Of a stretch of DNA of 64,000 nucleotides, positions 19,632 through 33,200 are shown piece by piece. This stretch comes from Enoplolaimus lenunculus (lineage: Eukaryota): positions 248,001-312,000 of the forward strand of contig JASANG010000627.1 in NCBI GenBank assembly GCA_030248215.1, read 5' to 3'. The notes below the pieces were generated by a model that was not told the origin of the DNA, ran no database searches, and saw only the letters and a list, made by a program, of their open reading frames with translations. The first letter of the stretch is position 1; each line of letters opens with the position of its first letter. A program made the position numbers and the translations under genes.

Positions 19632-19790
19632 TTGACCCATGTAAACATCAGGGGCGGAACGTTTTTCTGCGGGACTGTAATAGAGTAAGCTTAAGCTTAT
19701 ATATACCAATTTTTTGCTTAGACTTAGATAGAAGCTCATTCTTGCGCTCAGGCTTTGGCTTAGGATTATGCTTACACTACTGTAACGGCC
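19632..19790. mobile_element. TTAGGC-MITE family copy, diverged
   Basis: TTGACCCATGTAAACATCAGGGGCGGAACGTTTT matches the family TIR; degenerate TTAGGC/TTAGAC repeats inside. Confidence 0.6.
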
Positions 19791-21292
19791 TTGTTGAACA
19801 CAGTTGACTTTATTTTGACAGTCATATATTTTGTCCGAAACTATTCTACTCCGTTCTGTTAAAAAGTTGTTCATTTAGCAAACCAATTGTAAAGTGAAAC
19901 GGGAGTAAAGTCAATAATATATAAAATTACACCAAGACAAATAACTTTGTATAAAAGTACGAAGATCATCATAATTCAGTTTGCGAGGTAATGAACAGCT
20001 ATTAAGCCAAATACAATCCTCAAGTATGAAGTACGATAACGTGGCATGATAGGCAAGCATATGCTATCAAAAAGTACTACATACATTTATATATTTAGGT
20101 ATACATACAGAGATCAAAAATACTGTAATATTAACAATGCCTAAATCGGCAAAAAAAGGAACGCCATTAGCATAAAAATTGAAATAATACGTAAGGCAGT
20201 ATAGCAAGAGCAAAACTGTATTGATGCATCTTAAAAGAGAGCGCTACAAAAAATGACACGTAACCAGATGTATGTATGAATACCTGAGATTTAGATTGAA
20301 CTGTGCAGGAACCGAATATGGACCAATCTGAATTCTAGTTTCACAATACTTTATTACTGCATTAAAACTTTTTAATTCCTCTTTCTAAAAGAAAACACGA
20401 AACTGCAACTCTAAAATTTTTCTTATGTATGTATATATAGCTTAAGGGCAGAAACAAACGAGTAATGACAACTAGAAATTTTGGCAAGTAATGAAACCAG
20501 TGATAATTTTCAGCTGTATATTATAGACTTCTTACGTACGTTTTACTGCATTAACCGATACAGCGGAACAAACACGAAAAGAAAAAGCCAAAAATTGGTC
20601 GGCGTAGAACACATGCTATAAAATCAATAAAACAAATGCAATTGGCAAAAAATACAAGCTCACAAGATAAAACTGGAATTTAGAAAAACGCAATTAATAT
20701 ATATACATACAAATTAGAATCATGCATAAATGTGGAACTTCAAGAAAAACAGTGTACGATGGTTTGCACCAATTTTAAAAGACAACACAAGTGACACTGT
20801 TTGAGCCAACTTCACACTGCATGCTATTAGCAAGCAGTGTGATACAATCCCTGAAATGTTTAAAAACTCTATGATTGATTTCTCCCGACCAAGGTGTGCC
20901 AGTGTGCAAACCAAATACCAAATATATTAAAAACTTATTTTTCTTAAATTTGTACTTAGCCGGACGTAGCACCTAAATTTGTGCACTGGTTGAAGTATTT
21001 CAGTCGCACAGTGTCGGTAGCTTTATACCGGATGTGTTTTTGCCGGATTTTAAGCGGGATTCGGATATACATAGTGGCATGCTACGCTTAAAACCGTTTT
21101 CTGGCTTCAGCTCATCCGTGATGAAGACTGAACGAACTCGACAAACTATGACTTAGTCGGCAACGATCAACACAATACAGTCCCTGGAATCCTTCAAAAC
21201 TCCTACCAACTACCTTCTCCTTACAAGTTTTATTGACTAATCTTTATCGCAGTGAGACCCTGTTCTCTCAGAAGCCCTTCCTGCTACTCAGC

Positions 21293-24200
21293 TCATGCGT
21301 GATGAAAGCTCAACGAGCTGGACGAACTGTAACTACTCGTCCGATCGGCAACTGTACATAAATCGCTCAGCATCAAACTCGAGCAATCAGATGCATCAGA
21401 ATCAGATGAATCCGAAACACTATCCGCGTCAGACATCAAAACATTCTTACCCCCTTGCAGTTGGTTATCGACACCTGTAGTAATGCTACGATTACACCCT
21501 TGCTGTTGAGCAGAGACTCTATATTGCACTTGATGTGATAGTTGCTCTGTGCGTGGTTTACCACAATCAAACGCTTTCCGGTGCTCAGCTGGATGCTGAA
21601 ATGAATCTTTGTTAACTTTGCCACAATAATTACTGCTACAGTTAGCTTTAGTATTATTAGCTGCAAAATTACTACTATTATACTTATTATTATTATGATT
21701 ATTATTATTATTATTATTGCTGTTATAACATATCGTGTCGTTGCCATACCGTTTATTGACTCGAATATGAAACGGCAAGTTTTCGTACGTCTCGCCAGAA
21801 GTCTCGGCATCATTTTGTGGAGGGTCAGATTCGCTGGCGTCAGTTTGTGGTGCAGCAAAACCAGTGCCTCCTTGATCATCCGTATCGGCTGTTTCGCTCC
21901 AACTACCTTCGCTGCACCCAGCAGTGGCAAACAAACTATCGCTTGTGTTTGACGTATCGGACAACTCAAACGCAAAATAGTTCATTCGAGACAAAGGGCT
22001 ATTATTAGCGGTGATTACTGCCGAAGTTGGCAATTCAGCACTTGACATCCCACCGCCACCGCCACTGGTTGTACTTGTATCTGAGCTTGGCTTTCGCTGT
22101 TCAGCTACCATTCGCTGTTTCGCTGCTGTAATATGGCTGTTATTCAATGGTTTGCCGTGTATTATATCACCCAACGACGTGTTATCGAACACAGGCACAC
22201 TATCGTCAGCTGGATTCTCCACATGTTCATGCTGTTTCTGCACATTTTTATGGGCATTTTGATGTGCTGGCAAGCCCTGTTTTTCACCGTTGGCTAGTGC
22301 CACTAGTTTACGCTTTTTACGCGATGAATTGCGACGAAACAAACGCATAGCGCCGTCTGTTTGTAACCATTCATTGTTCCCTCCGTTCAAATCATCCGTA
22401 CCATTAGCAAGTGCTCGGCCAATTAACCGCCGCGAGACATTACTCCCGTTACGCAGCGGTGTCAGATCACGTAAAAAATCAAAATAACCTATAAAATAAT
22501 AATAATAATGATGATGATTTAATATAGATCAAATATCAGAACTTGAAAACTTCTTTTATCTAATTTTAGCATTAAAGGGTTTTTGGGTGCGAGGAATCTG
22601 CGTAGACTGTTTAGGAACCTCCAAAACCGATAGTTGAGCGGTTAGCTAAAAGATAATTTGCATATTAGCAAGGTTATAAACCTAAATTAGGACTTTTTAC
22701 AATATTTCACTAATTATTAAGGTTAAAAGCAATATAATTTCAGCACTAAAGGGTTTTTAGGTGCAAGGAACTTGAATAAATAGTTTATAAACATCCAAAA
22801 CCGGTAATTGAATAGTTAGCTAATAACTAATTTGCATAATAGCTTAATTGACAAGACAAAACTAGGACTTTTTAAATTATTTCAATAATTTTTAGGGTTC
22901 ATTGAAGGTTTTTGGGTGCGAGGAATCTGAATAATTTGTTTACAAACCTCCAAAACCGATAATTGAATAGTTAGCTAATAGTTAATTTGCATATCAGCTT
23001 AATTGACAAGACAAAATTAGGATTTTTTAAATTATTCCAAAAATTATAGGGTGGCTGAAGGGTTTTTGGGTGCGAGGAATCTGAGGACATTGCTTACAAA
23101 GCTCCAAAACCGATAAATGAATAGTTAGCTAATAACTAATTTGCATATTACCTTAATTGCTTACGTGTGTTCGAGCTTCGCTCAATAAATGTAGTCCCAC
23201 TACGACTGGTTTTAAAATGTTTCAAGTCTACTATAATACAAATGACTCACTCAAGGCTTTACGTTCTTCGTTTCCATAACGACGAAACACACTGGTCTTC
23301 ATTATTGTGGGCCGTACGCCTGGTGGTGTATATCGGACAACAGCACGCCTCTGTTCTCGAGCTGCAACCCGGCCGGGAGAAAATTTCAGTAAACGAATGA
23401 GAAATTCAGCTGATTACGGGTGAATCCTCACACTCAATATCATTTAAATATGCCAATTTCCGGGATTATATGGACACACCCACGCAATGCGTAACTACGC
23501 CGCACTATGCATCAAGCAGCTATAGCGCCACATTGCCCTAAATCACTATCGTCCAAATGAACGAATGGAAAACCAGTCTGATAATAGACCGTTCAAAATA
23601 GTTCGTTTCACATTAATACATCTTCACGCATGTTTTGTAGTTCAGCGTGCGACGACGGAAATACTCCTGATATACACCATGGTTATTAACAATAAATCGT
23701 ACATATTTTACTACAACGTAACAATAAGTCAAACATATTTTACTGCAACATTTCTAGGCAGCTGATTACAAAAGCACGCTTGCCACCACCGTAGGATTCA
23801 TACCCGCGTTACGATCCACAGGCTTTATTACCCACTGACTGATCTAACCACTCAGCTTCACAGTACACGCCAATATATACAAACTAACCTTTACGTTTGC
23901 TTTTCAGCTGGCGAAACCATTCAGTCATCATAAACGAGCCGTCATCTTCACTGTCGTCATCGCTGGCGCTGCTCGTGTCACATTTATTCACTCCATTGCG
24001 ATTGCAGTTACTTGCATTGTTGATTCGCGACATTTCTGATGACGAACGGAAAATACGTCGCCCGCCGATATCCTGCAAGAACAATCAGCAATAAGCTCTC
24101 ACAATTATCAAATTTTAGCACCTTTATTACACTCTATAGTGCAGATTTTTTGGTAGACGCGTACAATTAAATATTTTGACGTAGACTAACGTTCACTATT

Positions 24201-27200
24201 ACCTATCTCCAAATATACGTATTAACAAAAAGCAGAGATAATCCTCAAAATTAGGTATAAATGGGCATTATATCTTGATTCTAATAAATGAGAACCAGTC
24301 ATTAGTTTACGAGCATAGCACAACTTTCTCACCTTTCCTTGCAACGCCATTTCACGCCTTCCAATCACACGACTTGACGACGTAACAATTTCAGTGCACG
24401 GCGGTGAACTTTCTCGTTCCACACTCATAGTTTGCTTCTTGGCGACTGAATCTTGCCTTAAACGCAATTTTCACACCATTATGCACCTCAAGCTATCGAC
24501 GCCGCACACTGCTATTAATTTTAAAAAATATACACAATATTAACACGTGAACAACAGCATTAACAGTTAAGAAGCAATTGCTAATGCTACACAGCACAGC
24601 AAGTCAAAAAATTTATCTTTACAATACAAATTAGTTACACCATTTTGCGTGAAATGTTATAAGGTATGACGTTTTGCTAACATAACCTCTACTGAGCAGG
24701 CTGTAATACTGTCATTTTTTTAATTCCGGTAAAAATTTACCGGAACCCGAACGGTAAAAATGCATCAACCGGAATTCTGGTTGCATCCTGCTAGTGAGAA
24801 ATACTTTTTGGGAGGTGGTGCACACGGATTCAACACGGGAGATTTGCTGAGTGAGGGCCATTTTGAAATTTTTAGCAAGAACCAACCTACCATTTCGGAG
24901 CTTATAAGTGGCATTAACCGATGCCTTTTGTCTTTCCGTTTTTAGATCTTTTATCTCAAAGCAGGAGGCTTTTTGGAGCGGGGGAAGCTGAAAATAAGGG
25001 GTATTTTTCGAGTGGAGGCGCACACAAGCGAAATGTGGTTATGCACGCCAGGGATGGGTGGTCTCGGTTAAAAAAGCGTGACCGAGACTGAAACACAACC
25101 TATCGACAGGGGTGGGCGGTCTCGGCCTCGGTCGCGGCAGGTCTCGGGCTTTGGCTGGTCTCGGTATCGCTTTTCTTGAGTCTCGGTAATTTGCAAATCG
25201 AGATCAAAGAGGTAAAAAAGCGATAAATATTTCCTATAAGCTGAGCTAATTTGAGGTTGATGAAAGGACGCAGCAATGTTTTGCTTGTATTTTGGACTAA
25301 ATGTATATGTATGAACCACAAAAGATTGGTAACTTGTTTACTTCATTCAACACTATGACTATATTAATAAAGTCTCAAGTTCACTCAAAGTGATTATCTT
25401 ACTACATTATGACATAGATGGCCTAGGTTTAGGTTTACGCTTTAGCATAGGTATCGGGTGTGGAAGTAACAAGTATAAAATTGCACAACGCAAGCAAAGT
25501 GAATGCGCTTTATGCAAAAATTGATCACCAAGTAATGTTTTCATTAATATTGGCATTGACAGTCGCGTATAATCAGCTCAGGTTCATTTTCATGTGTGCC
25601 ACGTCTGTGATAATTGGAGTTGGGGATTGTTTTGTGAAAGTTTCAAACGTTTAGTTCGTGCCAAAATTACCAAGTGATAAATAAACTAAAAAATAAAGTT
25701 TGGCGGCGATTCATTAGTTTAATTGTATGAATTAAACGACAATTCTGAGCAGATAAAATATTCAAAAGTTTTGTTAGAAAAATCTTTATGTTCGGTGACG
25801 GTTAAGAGCTGACCGAGATCGAGACCAAAAGTCTCTATCTCGGTAGGTTAGGTCCTGCTCGCTCTGAATTGGCGTTTCATACAATGAAACTAATAAATCG
25901 CCGCCAAACTTTATTTTTTACTTTGTTTTTCACTTGGCTACTGTCCACATACAACTTCGAAAAGGCTCGGGACAAATCTTACTGCCTCAAAACACACTCA
26001 ATGCAACACTAACACAAAGCTAATTTGTTGTTTTTGATCCCGGGTAAACCGAATAGACTGGAGAATTTTTTAACATAGCGTAGACGTTATAAAATAATGC
26101 GGATAACCCAATATTTTTTACACGGTGCCCTAAATGTTTCAAACGCGAAAATGCAACTATTTGTGCTTTGTCACAATAAAATCAAAGTGTTTTGTGGTTC
26201 CTTTCAAAAAAAAGAAGTTTGGGTAAAAGGAGGGTCATTCGGTTTTTCAAATCGCTGCAAACCAGGTAGCGGTGCTCCACGATCGTTCACTGTTTGCGTT
26301 GGCAGGCGAAATACGCAACTACTCTCCAGCCAAAGTTGCGATCCAAAGACGGTTTGCAAACCACCGAGAGTGACAAAAAGCGAGACCGAAACCGTGACGA
26401 GCCAACCTCTGAGACTTGCCGAGACCGCTTATCCCTGCAGCACGGCAACGGACGCCATTAAATGGTCAAAGAATATTCCATGCAATAACACACGAAATAT
26501 CCGCACGCTACAGTCGTAACTAAACTGGCATGAAGAAACTATATACTTATCGTAACAAATTTAAATAGAAAAAGGTCTTTTCCTCTGTCAAGCCGAAGTG
26601 CTCTCAATCCAACAAGTTAATCATCTATCTTTTAATTATTATCGTTATAATCGACGTAACAAATTTAAATAGATAAAACCTTTTAATCTGTCAACCCGAA
26701 GTGCTCTCACACGAACAATAATTATCATCTATCATTTAATTATTATCGTTATAATCGAACCCAATCGCCATTCTCCGAAAACCCAAAGCATTTTTGACGA
26801 CATATCTTGTTTTGAAATCGGATTTCCTAACAAATTTCAAATCGGCCACAAGAAACTGAACCAGTTTTCTTCATGCATAGCTTCATCACAATATTGAGCC
26901 GTTATGTAGTTGCACCCAGAGATGGCCTAAACCATCATTTGCATAGAAAATTCAAACAGAACCCACGGCAACATTATTCGCATACATCAATATGAGTTTG
27001 CATCTAGTCATGAATACTAATATGCGAAGCATGGACCAAGATATACAAACCCATTATGATACAGCGAAATGTGACTTTACACGTGCAGGAAAACTATATA
27101 TCCGTTACACAAAATACGTTCACCCCACATGTTACCAGTATACCACTGTCAAATAAATTGGTGCAAACTTGTAATAACTAGTGATTAAGTAAATAAGCAT

Positions 27201-30200
27201 TATACAACTTTTAATTTTGTTAAAATATTGCACGTAAATACATGTATTTCGAGAACTACATAAGTTAAGCAGAGCAGACATAGTAATCATACTGAAGAGT
27301 GAGAAACTTTCAGAGTAGCATACTTACCGCGAAGAGTAATGTATTTAGTAAAATGGCTCAAAGTATAGTACATATACACATGATTTTTAACTCGACACGT
27401 TCTTGTGTACATTGAAGTCTTCTTCGCAATGTTGCCGAGTTAGATCTTCACTTTGCTTTTAAATATTATAGTTGTTAAATCATGTTTCATAAGTAGTTAA
27501 TACATTGCGCTGCGTTACAGATAGGTGCCTCGGTGTTTATGTACCTTCACTAGCCGTCCCACTTCGCTAAATAATACATTAAGCATTAATATATCGATGG
27601 TACCGTGGTTAAAATTTCAGACTGGTGTGGCAGCTGAAATTTTTGTTTTAGCCAAAAAATGCAAAAAAGTTTATGTACCTGTTGCTGACGCGATTATGGA
27701 ATATTAACGGTAATTAAAAAAAGCACAACGTTCGACTTCCAATGTCCCACCAGAATTCATACCAAAGTCAAATTCCGGTGGCTTTCACTTCGGTTTCGGC
27801 CATGTAATATGCCGGAAATAAAACTTTTGCACTGTGTTCTGTTCAGTAACGCTATAATCAATCACAAATGACTCTTCAACATAGGGGATATATTATCCTC
27901 GATTTCAAAAGTTAGTTTTAGTTAGGAATTAGTAACAAATAATCAGTATGGAAATTGAAATGGCTTAAGTGAACTTTAGAAGGTTATACAAGCAACTGGT
28001 TATCACAAAAAGCAACAATGATGTTTAACTAACCATCCCTTTGGTGCCATTTGAAAATCACCCGCTGTATTGCGTACAGGGTCGTAAGTATCGATATTTG
28101 AAACAGGTGGTGAACTAACTGCTGCTCCCGTATCAGGCGAACACAAACTATCGCCGCCATCAGCAATAGAATAAAAATCTTGTCGAAACTCTAAACTAGC
28201 TTGTTGTTCCAATGCTTGTGCACTATGCCATACGGCTGTTGTCTACAAAATAAATCACAGAACAAGAGTTCACAAATAAAACCAGTGGATTCCAATTAGG
28301 GTGTGAGGGTTCCACCGGAATTCTGTTTTTGGCCCGAGTTCCTGCAAAAATTCAGCTCCTGATTCAAAGATGCAGGAACGAATCTTTACGGTTTTAAGGC
28401 AAAATCATTCATAATCATATTTTAATCTTTGAAAATTGTGTCTTTGAAAAGTTGTTATTTCGAAATGGGTGTTTTTGCAATTAGCGCTCAATTTTGTTAA
28501 AATCTGCTGTCGCGCAATACCTGATAAGAAAATAGCTGAAAATTTGCTTAAGAGAACAGTAATTCGGCGATGAAGATTATTTCCAATTCCAATTCGTGTT
28601 CCTGCAAACAATCAATTCCTGTTCCTGTTTCGGTAAAACTTAGTTCCCGTTGGAACCCTGATAATAACTGAAGTTAATACGTGGGCATTTGGATTTCGAC
28701 AGAAATCAATCTGCACTTAATGTTGGCATTGTAAAGAAATAACTTTATATAAAATTTCGTTGTCCGGTTAGGGCCAGGGTGCAATCGGATTCCGATTCCG
28801 ATTACGATTCTAAACGAGTTCCGATTCAGATTACGATAACACAATCAATCGGAATTTCCACATTTGAATTTTAGGCCTCCTTGTTGTGATATGTTGTGTA
28901 AAATTCTGCATAATTTATCATTAAATTGTTCTCGATGAGTTAACTTATCAATAATTGATTGTAGTTTAGTTTTAAAGAGAAAAAATGATTGCCAATTTGG
29001 TCATACGACGTTTTTGAGGATTGTCGCCGGCCAACAGACACCCTAAATCAATATTACACTTATTAACACAAATTATCATATAGTCAAAAAATTTGTAGTT
29101 GCGATTCCGGAATAATCCAGTTCCGCTTTGCACCCTGGGTGAGGCATAGCAGTGCAATATATAATCTAATTATTGCAGCGCTGCGATAGCGCTCCAAACT
29201 TACAGGATCGTCTCTGACATCATAATCATGGAGCCCTTCCTGTCCGGCTGAGCCAAAACTATTCTGAAAATCTGCTTCCGTCTAAAATGAATCCAAAAAA
29301 CATTTCGGATAACGAAGCAAAAAATTTAAAAAATTTACCACACATTGTGTTGTGCAGTTTTCTGAACCCCCGAAGATTGCGCAGCAATAATGTTATTCGT
29401 TAAAAATTTGAAACTAAATCGCTTTCGAAGGCAGTGGGAACAGAGAAACTTACTTCGGTATACGTAAGTCTGTTTCTCAATGATTTTTCGTTATTCAAAC
29501 TATCTGGATAACTTTGGCTACAACTTACACAACTGTCCATCATATCCGAATTACGTTCAATACTACCGACAGTGTCCGACTCGGATGTTGCAAGGTTAAC
29601 ATCTCTTAGTGGTGTTTCCTGCTTGTTCCAACACGAAGAATTAAATTGTGCGACAGTATGTCGCAAATACTGCTTCAGATTATACGGTAAAACCGAAATC
29701 GTTAGACAACTATCGGAATTGTATCGCAGAAGGAAACCGCATGCTGAACCCGAAATCCTGTACGAGATTTGATCACTGAAAAAATGACAAGCAAATAACT
29801 ATTATCAAAAGCAGAGTTTTGAATAACGTATTATAAATAATTTATTTTGAAAATTATATTCTTTTCGGTGATCAACAAAATTTGATTGAGGCTGAGACTT
29901 GGCCATTGCCGGTCTCCGCCCATTCTTATTCGCTGAGCTCAAAAATGCCATTCGCATCTCTGCACAACGTCCGGTTCTTTAGTTATGGCAGCCGGAATTT
30001 CCGCCTATTTAACACACAACACTGCTAACTTGCTAACACATTGTATATGTATCTATACACAACCACACCGTAATATATTGTAGCTATTGTATAGCTACAG
30101 AAAACATCTTTAGTTACGCATGATCCATTGGCTTGATCGGTTAAACGTTTGATTTTTCAAATCTTTAGCACCTGTTGGGTCAAGCGATCGATTCCTACGA

Positions 30201-33200
30201 TAAAAAAATGTTTTATCAAATTTTTCTTTATTTTAAAAATATCGGTTTATATTCCAATTAAAAAGATGAAGTATGTTTCATGATTTCTTTGACGTTTACA
30301 ATGAAAAGAACAATAGCTGTTAAATTGTTTTCAACAGTGATCAGGGCCATGATAGATTTGGCAATATTTCTGTTCACCCGAATCAAAACTATGAACGATT
30401 TGTATTTGATTTTACGCGACACAAGGTCTGTTATCGAGATGCTTGCAAAAATTGACGTGTTAAAGCAACGCACTTGCTGTCGGGTTCACTCAAGAATCGA
30501 AGAATCCGAAGTAAATTTGGTTTTTTCGCAATGTGTTTAGAGTTACAATTTTGGCGGTATATATGTTTAGTGTTTGAAGTTCGTCCGGGTTCTCGCTCGC
30601 TCCGGTCGCAATGGTATTTAACTGCTGCTCTCTCGCGATTCACGGTTGCTATCAGAGGTGACATTCGTTACATAAGCAGCCCAAGCGCTGAAATACTAAA
30701 TACGAAACTTCCACGCGAGGGTTGATGCATGAAACCTCTATATTTTAGGAATTTATAGATCGTTACGTCTGGCGTTGTCCTCGGTGTCGCTTGCGAGCTT
30801 CTGTACGTTCAGCATCTGCGTTTGAAAATTCGAACCTTAGCTCAGATAATTTGCTACTCACTTTATTCTACTGGTCGCATAAAACTCCTGTTTGCAATGC
30901 GTCTAATTTGCCCGGGATTCGAAAAGCTACACTCATTCAGTGGTACAACAGATTCAGGGACTATGCAGTACGGAGCTACTGAATTCGCCTTATCTTTTTC
31001 GATTTGGCGGTCCAAATGTTATCGTGCAAGTAGACGAGTGTTGTGGCTTGTAGAAAATACCAATGTGGAAGACTAGTGCCATGTCAGTGGGTCCTAGGCA
31101 TTTATGACGCAACCCAGTGTCGCGGTTCCATTCATCTTGCGGACCGCAGGGACGCACAGGCACTTATTCCAATTATTCATAACTTCGTGTTACCAGGCAC
31201 AACTATTTGGGCAGATGATTTGGCCGCATACCTAATCTTTGTGAGGAATTTATGTGGAGGGGACGATTTGGACAAAGCGGAAATTGACCCTAGCGAAATA
31301 TGTTATTGTGCTTAGCGCGCTATGCGTAATGATATCTTGGCGTTTGAAATTGATATTTTATCTTTTCATTGCAATATAAGACGATAATTTTAAAATAAAT
31401 AAAAAATTTGAGAAATTCTGATCCGAGGAATCGATCGCACTACTCGACAGTGCGAAAGGTTCGGAAAACCACACATTTAACCAATCAAGCCAACATTTAA
31501 CTTGAAACAATAATTTATTTTTTGTGGATATACTACAGCTAAGTGTTGTACATATACATATGTACTGTTGTGTGTTCAGCGTTGCGTATTATGTGTATTA
31601 AAACTAGGCGGAAATTCCAGTTGCCTTAATTAAAGAACCGATTGTCGTGCAGAGATGCGGATGGCATTTTTGAACTTATCGGATAAAGTTACGTCGGATA
31701 CTGTGTTTAAATAAATTCTAGGGGTTCCCGACTTTTAAGTATAATTTACACCAAATTTTTGCGTCTATATGTATTCATACAACACGAATTTTAGGGTACG
31801 AGAAATTAATTATTCCCACCACATTCCACCTCCCCTTAGGAGTGAGGTTAACCCGCGCTCGGCAGCATACAAGGGAAATCCAATGTATATACCCGTTTCT
31901 TTCACAATTACGCTGTCGGCGACTACCAATTTCTTTGCAATCATCTCCTGGAGTTTGGTCATTAATGCGCATCCCACTACTACACGACGAATCCGCCAGC
32001 AGCATTGGCCAATCAGACAACGTTTGCCGAGAGTCTTGATTTCCCTCATCGTTTATCAAAGTAGACTGGTAAGATTTTGCATGTTTCGGTCCGGACGGCG
32101 AATCAAAACTGGGAACCCATATATTACGCAAAACCTGGCCATTTTTAAAAAGTTTATTGCTGTGATACAACAAATTATCTTCAGAATACCACCGTTTGTA
32201 CTCGAATTTTGACTGACTCTCGGAAACAACACATTTGGTTGTAGACTTGATCGCAGCTGCCGCAATAGCACGTTTTGACAAAAATCTGGCACAACTGGTC
32301 AAATGTTCTGTTGGCACGTTTTCCGATTTCTTATACTGGCCTCCCAAAAACCGCTGTGCAGAGTCGCTACTGCTGCAACACGATGTTATCATTCTTGAAG
32401 CTATCGGTGACGTCATAGAACAGCTGTTTATTAGTGAATCCCAAATGAGACTTTCCGCTGACGATTCCGCTTGTTGATCACTGCAAAAAAATTGGAAAGT
32501 CGAACTACTTCTATTAAAACTGGCTCTAAATCGCTACACCACTAGTTTGTCAACAATCAAAGCTTAACCTTGATCTGCAGTATTTACCAAAAACAAAATA
32601 AACTCGATTTCAGTATCTGCGAACCTGGTCTCCACCGGAATTCTTTGTTCCTACATTCACTGACGTAAGAACAAGAATATGCACGGGCTTTAAACCAAAT
32701 TATCGGAAACGTATCCCATTAACGTTTAAAAAATTACAGCAAGACAGCTTGGTTTCGCAAAACTGTTTGTCCTTACACGCTGATTTGCGCCAACGTGACA
32801 AGCAGAATGCAAACGGAATTCCGGTTCCGGCATTTTTTCACCACCCGGTTCCGTTCCAATAAATTTTTAGTTGAACTGAAAATTCTGGCATTAATTTTTG
32901 GCCATTTTTGATTTGCTAATCTTTAAGAAGTCTTTTAAAGCCACCTGTTCGAGCATTTTACTAAAAAATGAAGATAAAAATAAAATACGACTTTATTAGC
33001 ATAATATATAAACTTTGACAAATCACCGAAAATAAACCATCGAAGGTATATTTCGCTTCCCTGGATAAGGTAAATCTAAAATACATCGATTAAGTGAATA
33101 CCTATCTTTAACTAAGGTTATTTCCGTCAATAATACAGCAAAAACAAAATTAAAATGTATTTTTCACTTTCCAGTTCCGCTTCCGGCCCCGGTATTTTTT

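Noticed and set aside
21436..21975. 179-aa ORF with a poly-Ile hydrophobic stretch
   Set aside because: Alternative frame of the (AAT)n-containing last exon.
27609..27633. Possible short terminal exon (TTTCAG acceptor, CHTSLKF-stop) ending the large gene early
   Set aside because: Phase-compatible, but a phase-compatible route through 24456 continues into four further coding-like exons. It remains possible only as an alternative isoform.
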